Source: an uncultured Planctomycetaceae bacterium
GTDB lineage: Bacteria > Planctomycetota > Planctomycetia > Planctomycetales > Planctomycetaceae
Assembly (NCBI GenBank): GCA_963976765.1
Contig: CAXBME010000002.1
Location: forward strand, 372,001 to 436,000
Direction of reading: 5' to 3'
DNA: 64,000 nt
The translations under genes and the position numbers were made by a program. The notes under the pieces were generated by a model. It was not told where the DNA came from, did not search any database, and saw only the letters and a list, made by a program, of their open reading frames with translations. This document shows, one piece after another, positions 19,122 through 28,866 of this stretch (its first letter is position 1; every line of letters begins with the position of its first letter).

Positions 19122-19147
19122 GGCAGGCAGGCAGGCAGGCAGGCAGG
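19122..19147. repeat. Tetranucleotide simple sequence repeat (GGCA)6-GG
   Basis: ggcaggcaggcaggcaggcaggcagg read directly, about 70 nt upstream of the DUF1559 start. Confidence 0.9.
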
Positions 19148-19152
19148 TGCAA

Positions 19153-19169
19153 TTGAGACGCAGTCTCAA
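19153..19169. promoter_or_regulatory. Perfect 7-3-7 palindrome TTGAGAC-GCA-GTCTCAA, putative repressor operator
   Basis: Inverted repeat seen directly in the divergent intergenic region; operator function is inferred. Confidence 0.55.
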
Positions 19170-19635
19170 CCCAAGACAACAGTTAATCGATACTCGTCAG
19201 GATTCGCAACCCAATTCCAGTAGAATTCTGGCGAAAAAGTCAGATCTCAGTCCGGCCTGTTGAAACCCAGCGACGACGTGGGGGAGGAGAGCCAAACGCG
19301 TCCACAAACGGCAAAGTAGACCCCGACCATTTACATGGTTTCAGTGAAGGAGCTGGCACTCGGAATAGCCAATGTTTCCTTTGTGGCCATCCTGCAGAAC
19401 ATTGAAAACCAATTCTGAAAGTGCTCCAGCTGCCGGGCGTCACATTCCAAAACAACTTAGGCGCGGCCTGATCGCCGGCGCGGACCAGAGAAATGCACAA
19501 AATCCCAGATTGCGTTCCCACCGACAGAGTCCGTTGCGAGTCATACAGGTCAGTAGGATTTCCAGGTTAGACTGCCAGCTCAGATGTTCATGCAGCAGTT
19601 GCCGGAAACCTGCCCCTCAAACGGAAGATAGAATC

Positions 19636-20511
19636 ATGCCCGAACAAACCAGTCGCCGCGAATTTCTTGTACGGTCAGGGGCCGCCTTGTGTGCAGCTTC
19701 GACGACGAACCTTCTGAGTGCTCCACAGTCAGCCGACGCCGGAGAGTTCACGGGGAGAATCAGGAAAGCCGTCAAGTATCACATGATTCAGGAAAAGCTG
19801 TCCGCTGAGGACAAACTGAAGATGCTGAAGGATCTCGGGTACGACGGCGTCGAGCCGCGCGCGATGCTGAAACCGGATCAGGCCGCTGAAGTGAAAGAAC
19901 TGGCTCGCGCCAGCCAGAAAGTTGGACTGCCGATTCACGGCGTTGTCAACTCGAGCAACCCGGACATCATCAGCGCGATCGACCAGGCGGCTTACTACGG
20001 TGCGAACTCGGTTCTGCACGTCGTTCGTTATCAGCGAGACATCCCGTACCTGCAAAACTATCGCGAGACGCAGGACATCATTCGCAAGGCGATCGACCAT
20101 GCCGAGAAGAAGCGGGTTTCGATTCTGCTCGAAAACGTCTGGGCCACGTTTCTGATCGAGCCGCTCAGTATGGCTCGTTACATCGACGAGCTGAACAGCC
20201 CGTTCGTACAGGTTTACTTTGACATTGGCAACGTCGTCCGATGGGGCTGGCCTGAACACTGGATCGAAGTGCTTGGCCAGCGTGCCAGGAAGCTCGACGT
20301 CAAAGAGTACGACCTGAAGATCGCGATGAACGATGGGATGCGAAAAGCGTTTGACGTTCCGCTGGGAGAAGGCAGTGTCGACTGGGTGGCTGTCCGAAAA
20401 GAACTGGCTGCGATCAAGTATGAGGGCTGGGCGACCGCCGAAGTTCGTGGCGGCGACCGGGCCAGGCTCGCCGACATCGCCGCGCAGATGAACCGCGTGC
20501 TGAATCTCTAA
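19636..20511 (+). CDS. Tat-exported sugar-phosphate isomerase/epimerase (xylose isomerase-like TIM barrel)
   Basis: SRREFL twin-arginine signal; GYDGVE, LLENVW, YFDIGNV, DVKE, PLGEGSVDW, ATAEV. Start moved to ATG 19636. Confidence 0.9.
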   Translation: MPEQTSRREFLVRSGAALCAASTTNLLSAPQSADAGEFTGRIRKAVKYHMIQEKLSAEDKLKMLKDLGYDGVEPRAMLKPDQAAEVKELARASQKVGLPIHGVVNSSNPDIISAIDQAAYYGANSVLHVVRYQRDIPYLQNYRETQDIIRKAIDHAEKKRVSILLENVWATFLIEPLSMARYIDELNSPFVQVYFDIGNVVRWGWPEHWIEVLGQRARKLDVKEYDLKIAMNDGMRKAFDVPLGEGSVDWVAVRKELAAIKYEGWATAEVRGGDRARLADIAAQMNRVLNL

Positions 20512-20841
20512 GTCCACCTGTGGCGAAAGTTCGCCCATAAAGTTAAGCGCTTTCACACCAGTGGTGTGCGAGCGCGTTGTTTCTCACCAGAATCCTCGTG
20601 GCAGTCGATTTCATCTTGAGAAATCTTTCGAAGTTCACCGTGGCGGTTTCGGCGTGAGTACGCATTCAGAAGAGGAGTCTCTGCGCGCATGGTTGAGATA
20701 ACTCTGGTCGCTGGTCGTTTCCTGCCAGTCTGCTTATTCTGGATGGATCGCGAAACGAACAGTTGCGACGAACAGTGAACCAATCTGACGGAGATTCCCA
20801 TTGGGCTCCGTGAATCTCGTCACGCGGCGGGGGACACATTT

Positions 20842-23376
20842 GTGGCGGCGAGTATTGGCGACGTCATCAGGCGAATCGAAGCCAGTGGCATTCTGGACGA
20901 TGCTGATCTGGCGGTCGTACATGATGACGCAGCGACGATTGACGGTGACGCGCAGAAGTTTGTCCGGTTGCTGGTGAAGAACGAGCGGCTGACGGCGTAT
21001 CAGGCGCAGGCCATCTGGAAAGACAAAGGACACAAGCTGTCGTTCGGCAACTATGTGATCGAAGCCGAACTCGGCCGCGGCGGCATGGGAGTCGTCCTGA
21101 AAGCCCGCCACAAACGGATGAAGCGATACGTCGCGATCAAGGTTCTGCCGTCAAAGATGACGAAGGACAAGGACGCCATCGCTCGCTTTCAGCGTGAAGT
21201 TGAGGCCGCCGCTCAGCTTGAACATGTCAACATCGTCGCAGCTTATGACGCCGACGAAATCGACGGGGAATACATCCTTGTCATGCAGTTCGTCGATGGA
21301 CGCGATCTGTCGTCCATCGTGAAGAGCAGCGGCGCGATGAGTGTCGATCAGGCCATCGCCTGTATCGTGCAGACAGCATCCGGACTGGAGTTTGCTCATC
21401 AGCGAGGCGTCATCCACCGAGACATCAAGCCGGCCAATCTGCTGCTCGACAATGACGGCACCGTCAAGATTCTGGACATGGGCCTGGCCCGGTTCAGTGA
21501 CTCGGCTGACGTCGGCACTCAGGCGGAACTGACCGGCACCGGCACGGTGATGGGCACGGTCGACTACATGTCTCCCGAGCAGGCGCTGAACACCAAAACG
21601 GCAGACGCTCGCAGCGACATCTACAGTTTGGGCATCACGCTGTACTACCTGCTGACGGCGAAGCCGGCGTACGAAGGCGACACAATGATGGCTCGCCTGA
21701 TGGCGCATGCGACCAGCCCGATTCCATCGTTGCGCGAGGCACGCCCCGATGTCGCCGATGCTATTCAGTCCGTCTTTGAAAAGATGGTCGCCAAGCAGGC
21801 CGACGATCGTTACCAGACGATGACGGAACTCATCGCGGACCTGAAAGCCTGCCGTGGCGATGGCTCAGGAACGACAGTCGACGTCAGCAAACTGCCTTCA
21901 AACTCGTCTGCGTCGACAGGCCCTTCGGAACTGTCAAAGGTACTGGCTTCCAGCAGCAGTTCAGAATCGGCGTCGAATCTGCCGGTCACCTCGACACTGC
22001 CACGCACGGCGACAGATTCACCGACCGTCATCACCGACTCGCCGGCCGCCATCTCCGACACACCAACAATCATCACCTCGTCGATCTCAAACACGATCCA
22101 GACGGGAACGCTTCAAAGCAGTGGCGGCGGTACGGGTTCGCGCTCCGCACGTCGTGCCTGGATGTCCGACAAACGTGTGCTGACAGGCATTGGCGGTGGA
22201 ATCCTGCTGCTGATTGTCGTCGCTGCCCTGGCTTTCAAGCCCGATCCCGTACCCGAGCCATCGGGAGAGCAGGTTGCTTCGATCAGCGAAGGGCAGCCAA
22301 AGGCCGGTCCGAATAAAGCAGGCACATCTGAATCACTCACCCTGCCTGCAGCTTCTGGCAGGTCTTCAACGAGCGTGCCACCACCCGCCGTTGCGCCGTT
22401 CGACGAAGCGCAGGCGAAGCAGCACCAACAAGCCTGGGCTGACTATCTTGGTCTGCCGGTGGAATACACGAACAGCATCGGCATGAAGTTTCGCCTTATC
22501 CCGCCGGGCGAGTTTTTTATGGGATGCACAGCGGAAGAAAAGGCGAAGGAGATCGCTCTCGCCGTGAACATCTATCAGAAGCAACATGTTCAAATCGCTG
22601 CCCCTCGTCACAAGGTTATTCTCACGCGACCGATGTATGTCGGAATCCACGAGGTGACGCAGGCGCAGTATCAAAAAGTGATGGGGAATAACCCGTCAGT
22701 GTATTCCTCAACAGGAGACCGTAGCACGATTGTTGCTGGACTGGATACCAGCGATTTTCCAGTGGATAGCATGCAATGGGAGGGGGCTGTCGAATTTTGT
22801 GAGAAGTTGAACCAAGCGGAAGATGACAAGAGTCTTCGTGGTGCCGTCAATTATCGATTGCCAACGTCGGCGGAATGGGAATTTGCAGCGTGGGCCGGCA
22901 CGACAACAAGATACTGGTCTGGAAATACGGAGCAAGACGCTATGGAAGCGGGGTGGACGGCATTCAACTCCGTGGACAAAACCACAAATATAAGACGACC
23001 GCATGCCGTTGGTCAGTTACGTGCGAATCCGTTCGGCCTGTTCGATACGCTCGGGAATGCATGGGAATTCGTTCAAGATGGGTACGATCCGAATTACTAT
23101 GCACAGCTACCAGACACACCCGTGATCGATCCGGTCATGCCTCATGTGCAGAAGAACGCTCACCTCGCCCGAGGCGAAGGCGATCTTGGGCGACTTGGTC
23201 GGGCTAGTGACACAATGGCTGCACAATATGGTAACTTCTCTGGCTTCCGCCTGGCGATGTCGATCGACCTGGCGAAGCTGAAGATGGCAGCACAACTGCC
23301 GGGTACCACTGAATCCGCGAGCGTTCCACCGCCCGCCGTCGCGCCGTTCGACGAAGCCCAGGCGAAGGCACACTAG
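20842..23376 (+). CDS. Hanks-type Ser/Thr protein kinase - TM - FGE-sulfatase (CLec-fold) domain protein, truncated by a nonsense codon
   Basis: [70 protein letters not shown] motifs [37 protein letters not shown]. Confidence 0.9.
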   Translation: MAASIGDVIRRIEASGILDDADLAVVHDDAATIDGDAQKFVRLLVKNERLTAYQAQAIWKDKGHKLSFGNYVIEAELGRGGMGVVLKARHKRMKRYVAIKVLPSKMTKDKDAIARFQREVEAAAQLEHVNIVAAYDADEIDGEYILVMQFVDGRDLSSIVKSSGAMSVDQAIACIVQTASGLEFAHQRGVIHRDIKPANLLLDNDGTVKILDMGLARFSDSADVGTQAELTGTGTVMGTVDYMSPEQALNTKTADARSDIYSLGITLYYLLTAKPAYEGDTMMARLMAHATSPIPSLREARPDVADAIQSVFEKMVAKQADDRYQTMTELIADLKACRGDGSGTTVDVSKLPSNSSASTGPSELSKVLASSSSSESASNLPVTSTLPRTATDSPTVITDSPAAISDTPTIITSSISNTIQTGTLQSSGGGTGSRSARRAWMSDKRVLTGIGGGILLLIVVAALAFKPDPVPEPSGEQVASISEGQPKAGPNKAGTSESLTLPAASGRSSTSVPPPAVAPFDEAQAKQHQQAWADYLGLPVEYTNSIGMKFRLIPPGEFFMGCTAEEKAKEIALAVNIYQKQHVQIAAPRHKVILTRPMYVGIHEVTQAQYQKVMGNNPSVYSSTGDRSTIVAGLDTSDFPVDSMQWEGAVEFCEKLNQAEDDKSLRGAVNYRLPTSAEWEFAAWAGTTTRYWSGNTEQDAMEAGWTAFNSVDKTTNIRRPHAVGQLRANPFGLFDTLGNAWEFVQDGYDPNYYAQLPDTPVIDPVMPHVQKNAHLARGEGDLGRLGRASDTMAAQYGNFSGFRLAMSIDLAKLKMAAQLPGTTESASVPPPAVAPFDEAQAKAH

Positions 23377-24560
23377 GAGGCGTGGGCGAAGCACCTCAGT
23401 CTGCCGGTCGAGAAAGAAGTTGAACTGCCTGGTGGGAAAAGATGGCCTTTATGCTCATCCCGCCTCGCGATTTTTTCATGGGCTCCAGCGAGGCCGAACT
23501 CGCTGAGTTTCTGGAACCTGCAGATGCCCGTAACGAAATCTGGCCTCACAATGTAATCCGAAGTGAAGGCCCACGGCGCAAAGTATTGATTACGCGACCA
23601 TCCTACATCGGCAAATACGAGATCACTCAGGCTCAGTGGCAGGCGGTCGAAGGCAACAATCCGGCTGAATTCAAGATCTCACCCCCTCATCCGGTCGACA
23701 TGGTGAGTTGGGACGACATCCAGTCGTTTTTGGAAAAAGTCAATAAGGAACCTTCACTGAAACTCAGATTTCCGACTGAAGCACAGTGGGAATACGCAGC
23801 TCGTGCAGGCACCACGACTCGCTGGCATTGCGGAGATACGGAAGAGGATGCCAATCAGCTACATCAGATGAGCGAGCCAACAAATCCCGTCGGCCAAAAG
23901 CAGGCAAATGCATTTGGAATTCATGACATGATCGGAAATGTCAATGAATGGTGTGCAGACCGATATGCTCCGGATTACTACGCGAAGTCAGCCACCAATG
24001 ATCCCACTGGTCCAGCGAAAGGAAATTCGCGAATACAGCGAGGCGGCTCAATTATGCATCATGCAAATTATTGCCGTTCTGCATTTCGCCTGGCCATCTC
24101 TCCATACCTGCGGTTCAAATCTCCATACCTGCGGTTCAAATCGCATGGCCTCAGACTGGCCATGCCAATAGACGTACCAAAACTGAACGCCTCGAACACT
24201 GCCTGGGCATCAACACCTACTACCCCGCCAGGAAGACTGGTCCGTCGCAAAAAGAGCCATCACGGGTGAAACAGTCAACGCCCCCGACTGCCTGATGAGG
24301 CGTCGGTTCAGATCGACCTGCCACTCAAAGTTGGCCAACTCTATCGATCGGTTATCGAAGTTCGACAAGGTTCGCTGCGGACACTGCTGGATGGAAGGCA
24401 GCTGGTTCAGTGGACCGTCGACTTTACACGACTGAGTCTGAAACCAAAGCCCCCCATGCAGCACCAAGGACGGATCGGAATCGGTTCCTGGAAGCGGGTC
24501 GTGACGTTCCATCCAGTCGCGTATCCGCGAGATTGACGAAGCGGGAAAACTGCATGCAAC
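23377..24560 (+). pseudogene. Decayed 3' part of the kinase gene: second FGE domain and a further beta-rich domain remnant
   Basis: TAG at 23374 sits inside a repeated module (AQAKAH*EAWAKHL vs [14 protein letters not shown]); frameshift near 23440; FGE2 at 23442-24269 with a 21-bp duplication; in-frame TGA at 24267, then ...GQLYRSVIEVRQGSLRTLLDGRQLVQW...IGIGSW... and another probable frameshift near 24515. Confidence 0.8.
24099..24142. repeat. Perfect 21-bp tandem duplication (TCTCCATACCTGCGGTTCAAA x2)
   Basis: Seen directly; encodes SPYLRFK-SPYLRFK. Confidence 0.95.
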
Positions 24561-24717
24561 GACACGGTAAAGGGCATGTCATCAGCGACTGCGGTGCTTC
24601 GCGCCAAACAAACTTACTACCAGCAGCGAAAAGTGCCTCTGCGTCTGGAAAATTCCAGACCGACACGACAGGTTGAAATCGCGGTTGTTTCAGTGGCAGC
24701 AGGTACGCCATCAATGT

Positions 24718-25974
24718 TCATGGCTGAATACCTTTCAGGAAGTGCTGAGAGACAAGCCGTGCGTACTTCGAACTGTTCAACATGACTGTTCCAATGTGGG
24801 GGCTGTCGGATTCGATGTGGATGCTGGCGTTATGAGCTGCGACGTGCAGCTTGCTGGCGTGTTCAACCGGGACGATTCGATCTGCGTCTCCGTGGATAAT
24901 CAAAATCGGGATATTGATTTGCGGGATCGCTTTGTCCGGAGCCAGCTCGTTGATATCAGCTCCCGTTTCGAGCCAACTGAAGACTCGAGCGACTTGCGTG
25001 ACAACCTTCTGCACCGGCTTTGGCAGAAAGCGGAACTGATACTCGACCATTGAAGTCAGATCGGCGAATGCTGAGTCGAGAACGGCGGCCTTGACCTCGG
25101 GCATGTCCGGTAGAGCCAGCGTCAGGGATGCACCGCCCATCGAAACGCCCAGCGCAAATAGTCGGCCTGAACCAACATCACTCCTGGCGAGGCAGGTGTC
25201 GTAGGCACCAAGGACGTCCATCCGCTCATTCAGCCCGTAGGTAATGGTGTGACCGTCGCTCAGCCCGTGTCCACGAAAGTCGAACGTAAATACCTGAAAG
25301 CCAGCCTCGTAAAGAACCTGGTGAATGACCTCGATGTCGGAATGGTTCGCACCGACTCCGTGGCAGACGATGATCGTTCCCTTCGGATCGTCACGCTTCA
25401 GAAAGACACCGCGGAGTATTGTCCGGTCGCCACGACTGTGAAACTCGATCTGCTCAACGTTCTCGGTCGAAATGCCCGCGATCGGTGTCGGCATTAACTT
25501 TGGTCGATGGACCGCAAAGATTACAAAAATATACGGCACGAGGACTGTATAGAAAGCGGCTCGCACGGCGACGGAAGCGAGCACGGAATACTTCGGTGTC
25601 ACTCTCTGGCGAATTCGAATCAGGACAGCTTCCAGAAATTGATAGGCGTAAAGCAGGCTCAGTTCGAACGACAGACCAAAGAAGTAGCTGACGAGAATGA
25701 ACTCCCGCCACGACCATGCCGAACCTGTCACAAAGACAAGGAAGCAGTAATAGATCGGAGGAAACAGGATCAGAATGATGATCGACACGATTCGCCCGAC
25801 GCGGGTCGGTGAATTCAGCCGTGGCGCCGGGATGACTTTCAGAAACAGTGCGCCGACCAGAACCATCGGCGGCAGAGATATCCAGAACGCTTCAGATGCC
25901 GAGCCGACAAACATTCTGACCAGCATCAGGAGCACGACAGCCAGCAGGCACCAGACGATCCGTCCGGTCAGCAA
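24718..25974 (-). CDS. Alpha/beta hydrolase with an N-terminal multi-TM domain
   Basis: About 5 TM helices, then IIVCHGVG, FDFRGHGLSDG, GVSMGG nucleophile elbow, IIHGDADRIVP, SPH. Confidence 0.88.
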   Translation of the reverse strand: MLTGRIVWCLLAVVLLMLVRMFVGSASEAFWISLPPMVLVGALFLKVIPAPRLNSPTRVGRIVSIIILILFPPIYYCFLVFVTGSAWSWREFILVSYFFGLSFELSLLYAYQFLEAVLIRIRQRVTPKYSVLASVAVRAAFYTVLVPYIFVIFAVHRPKLMPTPIAGISTENVEQIEFHSRGDRTILRGVFLKRDDPKGTIIVCHGVGANHSDIEVIHQVLYEAGFQVFTFDFRGHGLSDGHTITYGLNERMDVLGAYDTCLARSDVGSGRLFALGVSMGGASLTLALPDMPEVKAAVLDSAFADLTSMVEYQFRFLPKPVQKVVTQVARVFSWLETGADINELAPDKAIPQINIPILIIHGDADRIVPVEHASKLHVAAHNASIHIESDSPHIGTVMLNSSKYARLVSQHFLKGIQP

Positions 25975-26061
25975 TCCGCCACTTTGAGTCTCAGATATTG
26001 CGACTGGGTCGGCGATGGTGTGGCTCCGTAAGTCTTTGGCTAAGTGACCTGAAGCGAGTCT

Positions 26062-26343
26062 TCAATTCTCGTCAGACTCCTCGACCGCCTTCTGAATGGC
26101 GATCCTGATTCTTAATCGTGAATCATCTGGCAGCACGCGAGCATCGTCCGAACTGGCGGCAGATCCAGGGCCGTTCGATCCGTGATTTTTAATCGCTGAG
26201 TGAATCTTTTTCTGAAGCTTGCTGAACTTTCGACACGTCGCGCACATCGTCAAGTGAAAACGAAGGCCGACTCGTTCGCCGAATGAGAGCGGTCGCTCAA
26301 ATGACTCAGAGACAACACGCGAGATGTCTTTGCAATTCAACAT
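26062..26343 (-). CDS. zf-HC2 zinc-binding anti-sigma factor
   Basis: MLNCKDISRVVSESFERPLSFGERVGLRFHLTMCATCRKF: N-terminal Cys plus HxxxCxxC. Confidence 0.88.
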   Translation of the reverse strand: MLNCKDISRVVSESFERPLSFGERVGLRFHLTMCATCRKFSKLQKKIHSAIKNHGSNGPGSAASSDDARVLPDDSRLRIRIAIQKAVEESDEN

Positions 26344-26570
26344 GTTGTCTGGCCGGAACGGAAATTCGTAATTACTGCACTGCCGATTGCGGGAAGAACG
26401 TGCTACAGGCTTTGCCGGAGTTTTCAGTCAGCAGGGTTCGTGAATCATACTTAACGACGAGCTTTGTGGCGCAGGCTGTCACCCGGCCGAGAAACAGTGT
26501 CGCTGAATTTTCAGCAGTTGCCTGCCATCGTTCAAGAAAGAACACACAGCGATCTTCGTCATGGGTGCGT

Positions 26571-27422
26571 TCAGCGAGAAGCCTGATCATTCAATTTCCA
26601 GTTGTAGTCCAGGTACGAAATGCTGCCGGAACCGGCTTGAGCAGCGGTCCGCGAGGTCTGATCGGGAAGCCATCTTGAGACGGCCTTTAGCTGTGCGGCC
26701 TGTCCGCTGCCGAAATCTTCAGCAAACCAACTGAGGATGGACGACAGATAAAATCGCTGCTGCCGAACGTCGTAACGAAAGTTCTGTGGGCGACTGAAGA
26801 AGTCCATCGCGTTCGCTTCGAGTTGCTGCTGCACTTTGCCGCTTGAGTACGCCTCGTTGAGCAGCTTCGGGCAACCGATCGATGCACAAACGATTGCAAA
26901 GTGAATCCGTGGCTCGTTCATCTTCCGCAAAGTCTGATGCTCGATCGCTTCCAGCGAGTAGGCTTTTCCACCGACGTAGAGCTGCAGATCTTTCCAGATG
27001 TTGTATCCAAACAATTTTGCGGTGTGGTTACGAATGCTTGTCGTCGGGTATTCACGAAGAATTCCGTAGACAGTCACGGCGTTGTAAGCGTTGATCCAGA
27101 ATGCCAGCGTCGCGTCTTTGCCGGCACTTACCTGCGGATTCACCTGAGACAACTTGTTGAGATATTCCGATAAAGCCTGTCGATCAATAACCGATTTATG
27201 CCAGCTCCTGTAGTCGACGTAGCCGTCGCTATCGACATACCTGTGAAGTAACCGATTCCAGATCGAATGGTCAACATTGTCCATCGAGTCACGACCGGTT
27301 GTTCGTTGCCCAACATGGACGATCGCACCTGCCTCGGTGGTTTCTGACGACGAGAAGATCAAAGCTGCGGTAAGCGCCACAGTCGCCAGGCCAGTCGTTT
27401 GTAAGAAAGTTCTCATTGTCAT
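26571..27422 (-). CDS. Exported DUF547 domain protein
   Basis: Signal peptide; DHSIWNRLL..YV..DG.VDY, LAFWINAYNA, SLEAIEH..LR...EPRIHFAIVCASIGCP, LSSILSWFAEDF, YLDYNWKLND. Confidence 0.92.
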   Translation of the reverse strand: MTMRTFLQTTGLATVALTAALIFSSSETTEAGAIVHVGQRTTGRDSMDNVDHSIWNRLLHRYVDSDGYVDYRSWHKSVIDRQALSEYLNKLSQVNPQVSAGKDATLAFWINAYNAVTVYGILREYPTTSIRNHTAKLFGYNIWKDLQLYVGGKAYSLEAIEHQTLRKMNEPRIHFAIVCASIGCPKLLNEAYSSGKVQQQLEANAMDFFSRPQNFRYDVRQQRFYLSSILSWFAEDFGSGQAAQLKAVSRWLPDQTSRTAAQAGSGSISYLDYNWKLNDQASR

Positions 27423-27440
27423 TCCTTTGTCTCGTGGAAG

Positions 27441-27471
27441 TGTCGCATTTCATTCCAGAAAATGTGCGACA
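27441..27471. promoter_or_regulatory. Inverted repeat TGTCGCA-N17-TGCGACA, candidate ECF promoter or operator
   Basis: Seen directly, 18 nt upstream of the DUF547 start; the spacing fits ECF -35/-10 elements. Function is inferred. Confidence 0.4.
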
Positions 27472-27881
27472 AGATCCGTTCCAACCATCACGGGCAGTGT
27501 TCCTTGAATCATCATTCTTCTCAGTGAGATGTCTTACAACGCAGGCTCGGCCAGACCAGTACGACGCTCTGCCTTTTGATGCTGCTGAAAATCGATTCGG
27601 CTCCATTGGTTTGGTACTGCTGGAGGAAGTCGGTTTCTTCGTCTCACCCAACATGCCGAGCGAGACTTGAGGACGTCGGTTGCTGCCTCAGTCTTACAGT
27701 TGTTTCATCAGAATCTTCTGAATTGCCGCTGCAGTTCATTCGAACGTGAGACAGCTAACATTCCGGGCCGCCCGCCAGAAACTCCAGGCTCACATTCCGG
27801 TTTCGATCTGTGGACCAGCGTTATTGGAGTCGCCAGACTTCATCGTTCGATGAGAGCGTGACACTGCTTCTGGAGTTGTCG

Positions 27882-28493
27882 ATGGCTGAACAGGATAGGG
27901 CTGCGAAACCGGAAGACGCTCCGCTGGAACCGTCGGAATGGCTCAACGCGTATGGCGACTACCTTTATCGATACGCCATGTCGCGACTGCGAGATTCGAA
28001 CGCGGCGGAGGAAGTCGTTCAGGAAACATTTCTCAACGGCATTCGAAAGTTCGCTCAGTATTCTGGTGAGGGGTCGCAACGAGGCTGGCTGCTGACAATT
28101 CTGAAACGCAAAATTGTGGACCATGTGAGGCAGCGTGCGAAGTTCGACCGCGATGGAGCAGTCGGTTTCGATCGTGATCCGACCGAGGAACTCTTCGACA
28201 AATCCGGGCATTGGAAACAGAGCGTCACCGCGTGGATGAACGCGCCGGTCGACTCGATCGAGTCCCGCGAACTTTGGGCGATTGTCGAGAACTGCCTGAC
28301 ACATCTCCCACCCGGGCAGTCGTCTGTTTTCATGTTGAGCGTGATGGAAGAACTCGACAGCGATCAAATCTGCCGCGAGCTTGACATCACCCCATCGAAT
28401 CTGTGGGTTCGTTTGCATCGCGCCCGAATCGGACTGGCAAGCTGCGTCGGCGCTCGCTGGGGTAACGGAGCCACTTCTGGCCAACCGGCTTAA
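27882..28493 (+). CDS. ECF sigma-70 factor (TIGR02943/Neisseria sigmaE-like group)
   Basis: YGDYLYRYAMSRLRD...AEEVVQETFL; WLLTILKRKIVD; LFDKSGHW; ICRELDITPSNLWVRLHRAR. Start moved to ATG 27882. Confidence 0.92.
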   Translation: MAEQDRAAKPEDAPLEPSEWLNAYGDYLYRYAMSRLRDSNAAEEVVQETFLNGIRKFAQYSGEGSQRGWLLTILKRKIVDHVRQRAKFDRDGAVGFDRDPTEELFDKSGHWKQSVTAWMNAPVDSIESRELWAIVENCLTHLPPGQSSVFMLSVMEELDSDQICRELDITPSNLWVRLHRARIGLASCVGARWGNGATSGQPA

Positions 28494-28635
28494 GTGTCAA
28501 GCCGCCGATAAGCGATCGCGTTGGAGCCGAAATGGTTGACCAGACCGGCAGGTCGACCACGAGCCTTACCTCAACCCTCCGATATAAAGCAGCGACTTCC
28601 AATTAATGGCTCTTCGAAAGTTTGCCGGACAAAAC

Positions 28636-28675
28636 AAAAAACGAGCCGGCGAGAAAATTCTCAACCGGCTCGTTT
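28636..28675 (-). terminator. Rho-independent terminator about 190 nt downstream of aroF
   Basis: Minus strand AAACGAGCCGG-TTGAGAATTTTCTCG-CCGGCTCG-TTTTTTGTTTT. Confidence 0.8.
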
Positions 28676-28866
28676 GCCCTGCGGAAGTCATCATGCCTGA
28701 GAAGAACTCATCCGATCCGTAATTTGGTTCCCAACCGGAATGTGACATGCCACGCAGCGGCGACAGCGTTGGCCCGCCTCGCCTGTCTACACAAAGTTAA
28801 TTCCCTCAGATGGTGGCCAAACCGATTTGAATATACAACAACTTTTTGCAAAGCCGTTCGATTTTG

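Noticed and set aside
23431..23444. GGGAAAAG as a programmed -1 frameshift, with read-through of TAG 23374
   Set aside because: In the upstream frame the codons are GGT GGG AAA AGA, so the X XXY YYZ phase is wrong; several further lesions point to decay, not recoding.
20842..24560. Complete diversity-generating retroelement
   Set aside because: No reverse transcriptase, Avd or TR/VR pair seen in the window.
27289..27861. Short ORFs or a riboswitch between DUF547 and the sigma gene
   Set aside because: The ORFs overlap DUF547 or look non-protein-like; no known riboswitch consensus recognised.
28566..28748. 60-aa ORF downstream of aroF
   Set aside because: Runs through the terminator, with no RBS or motif support.
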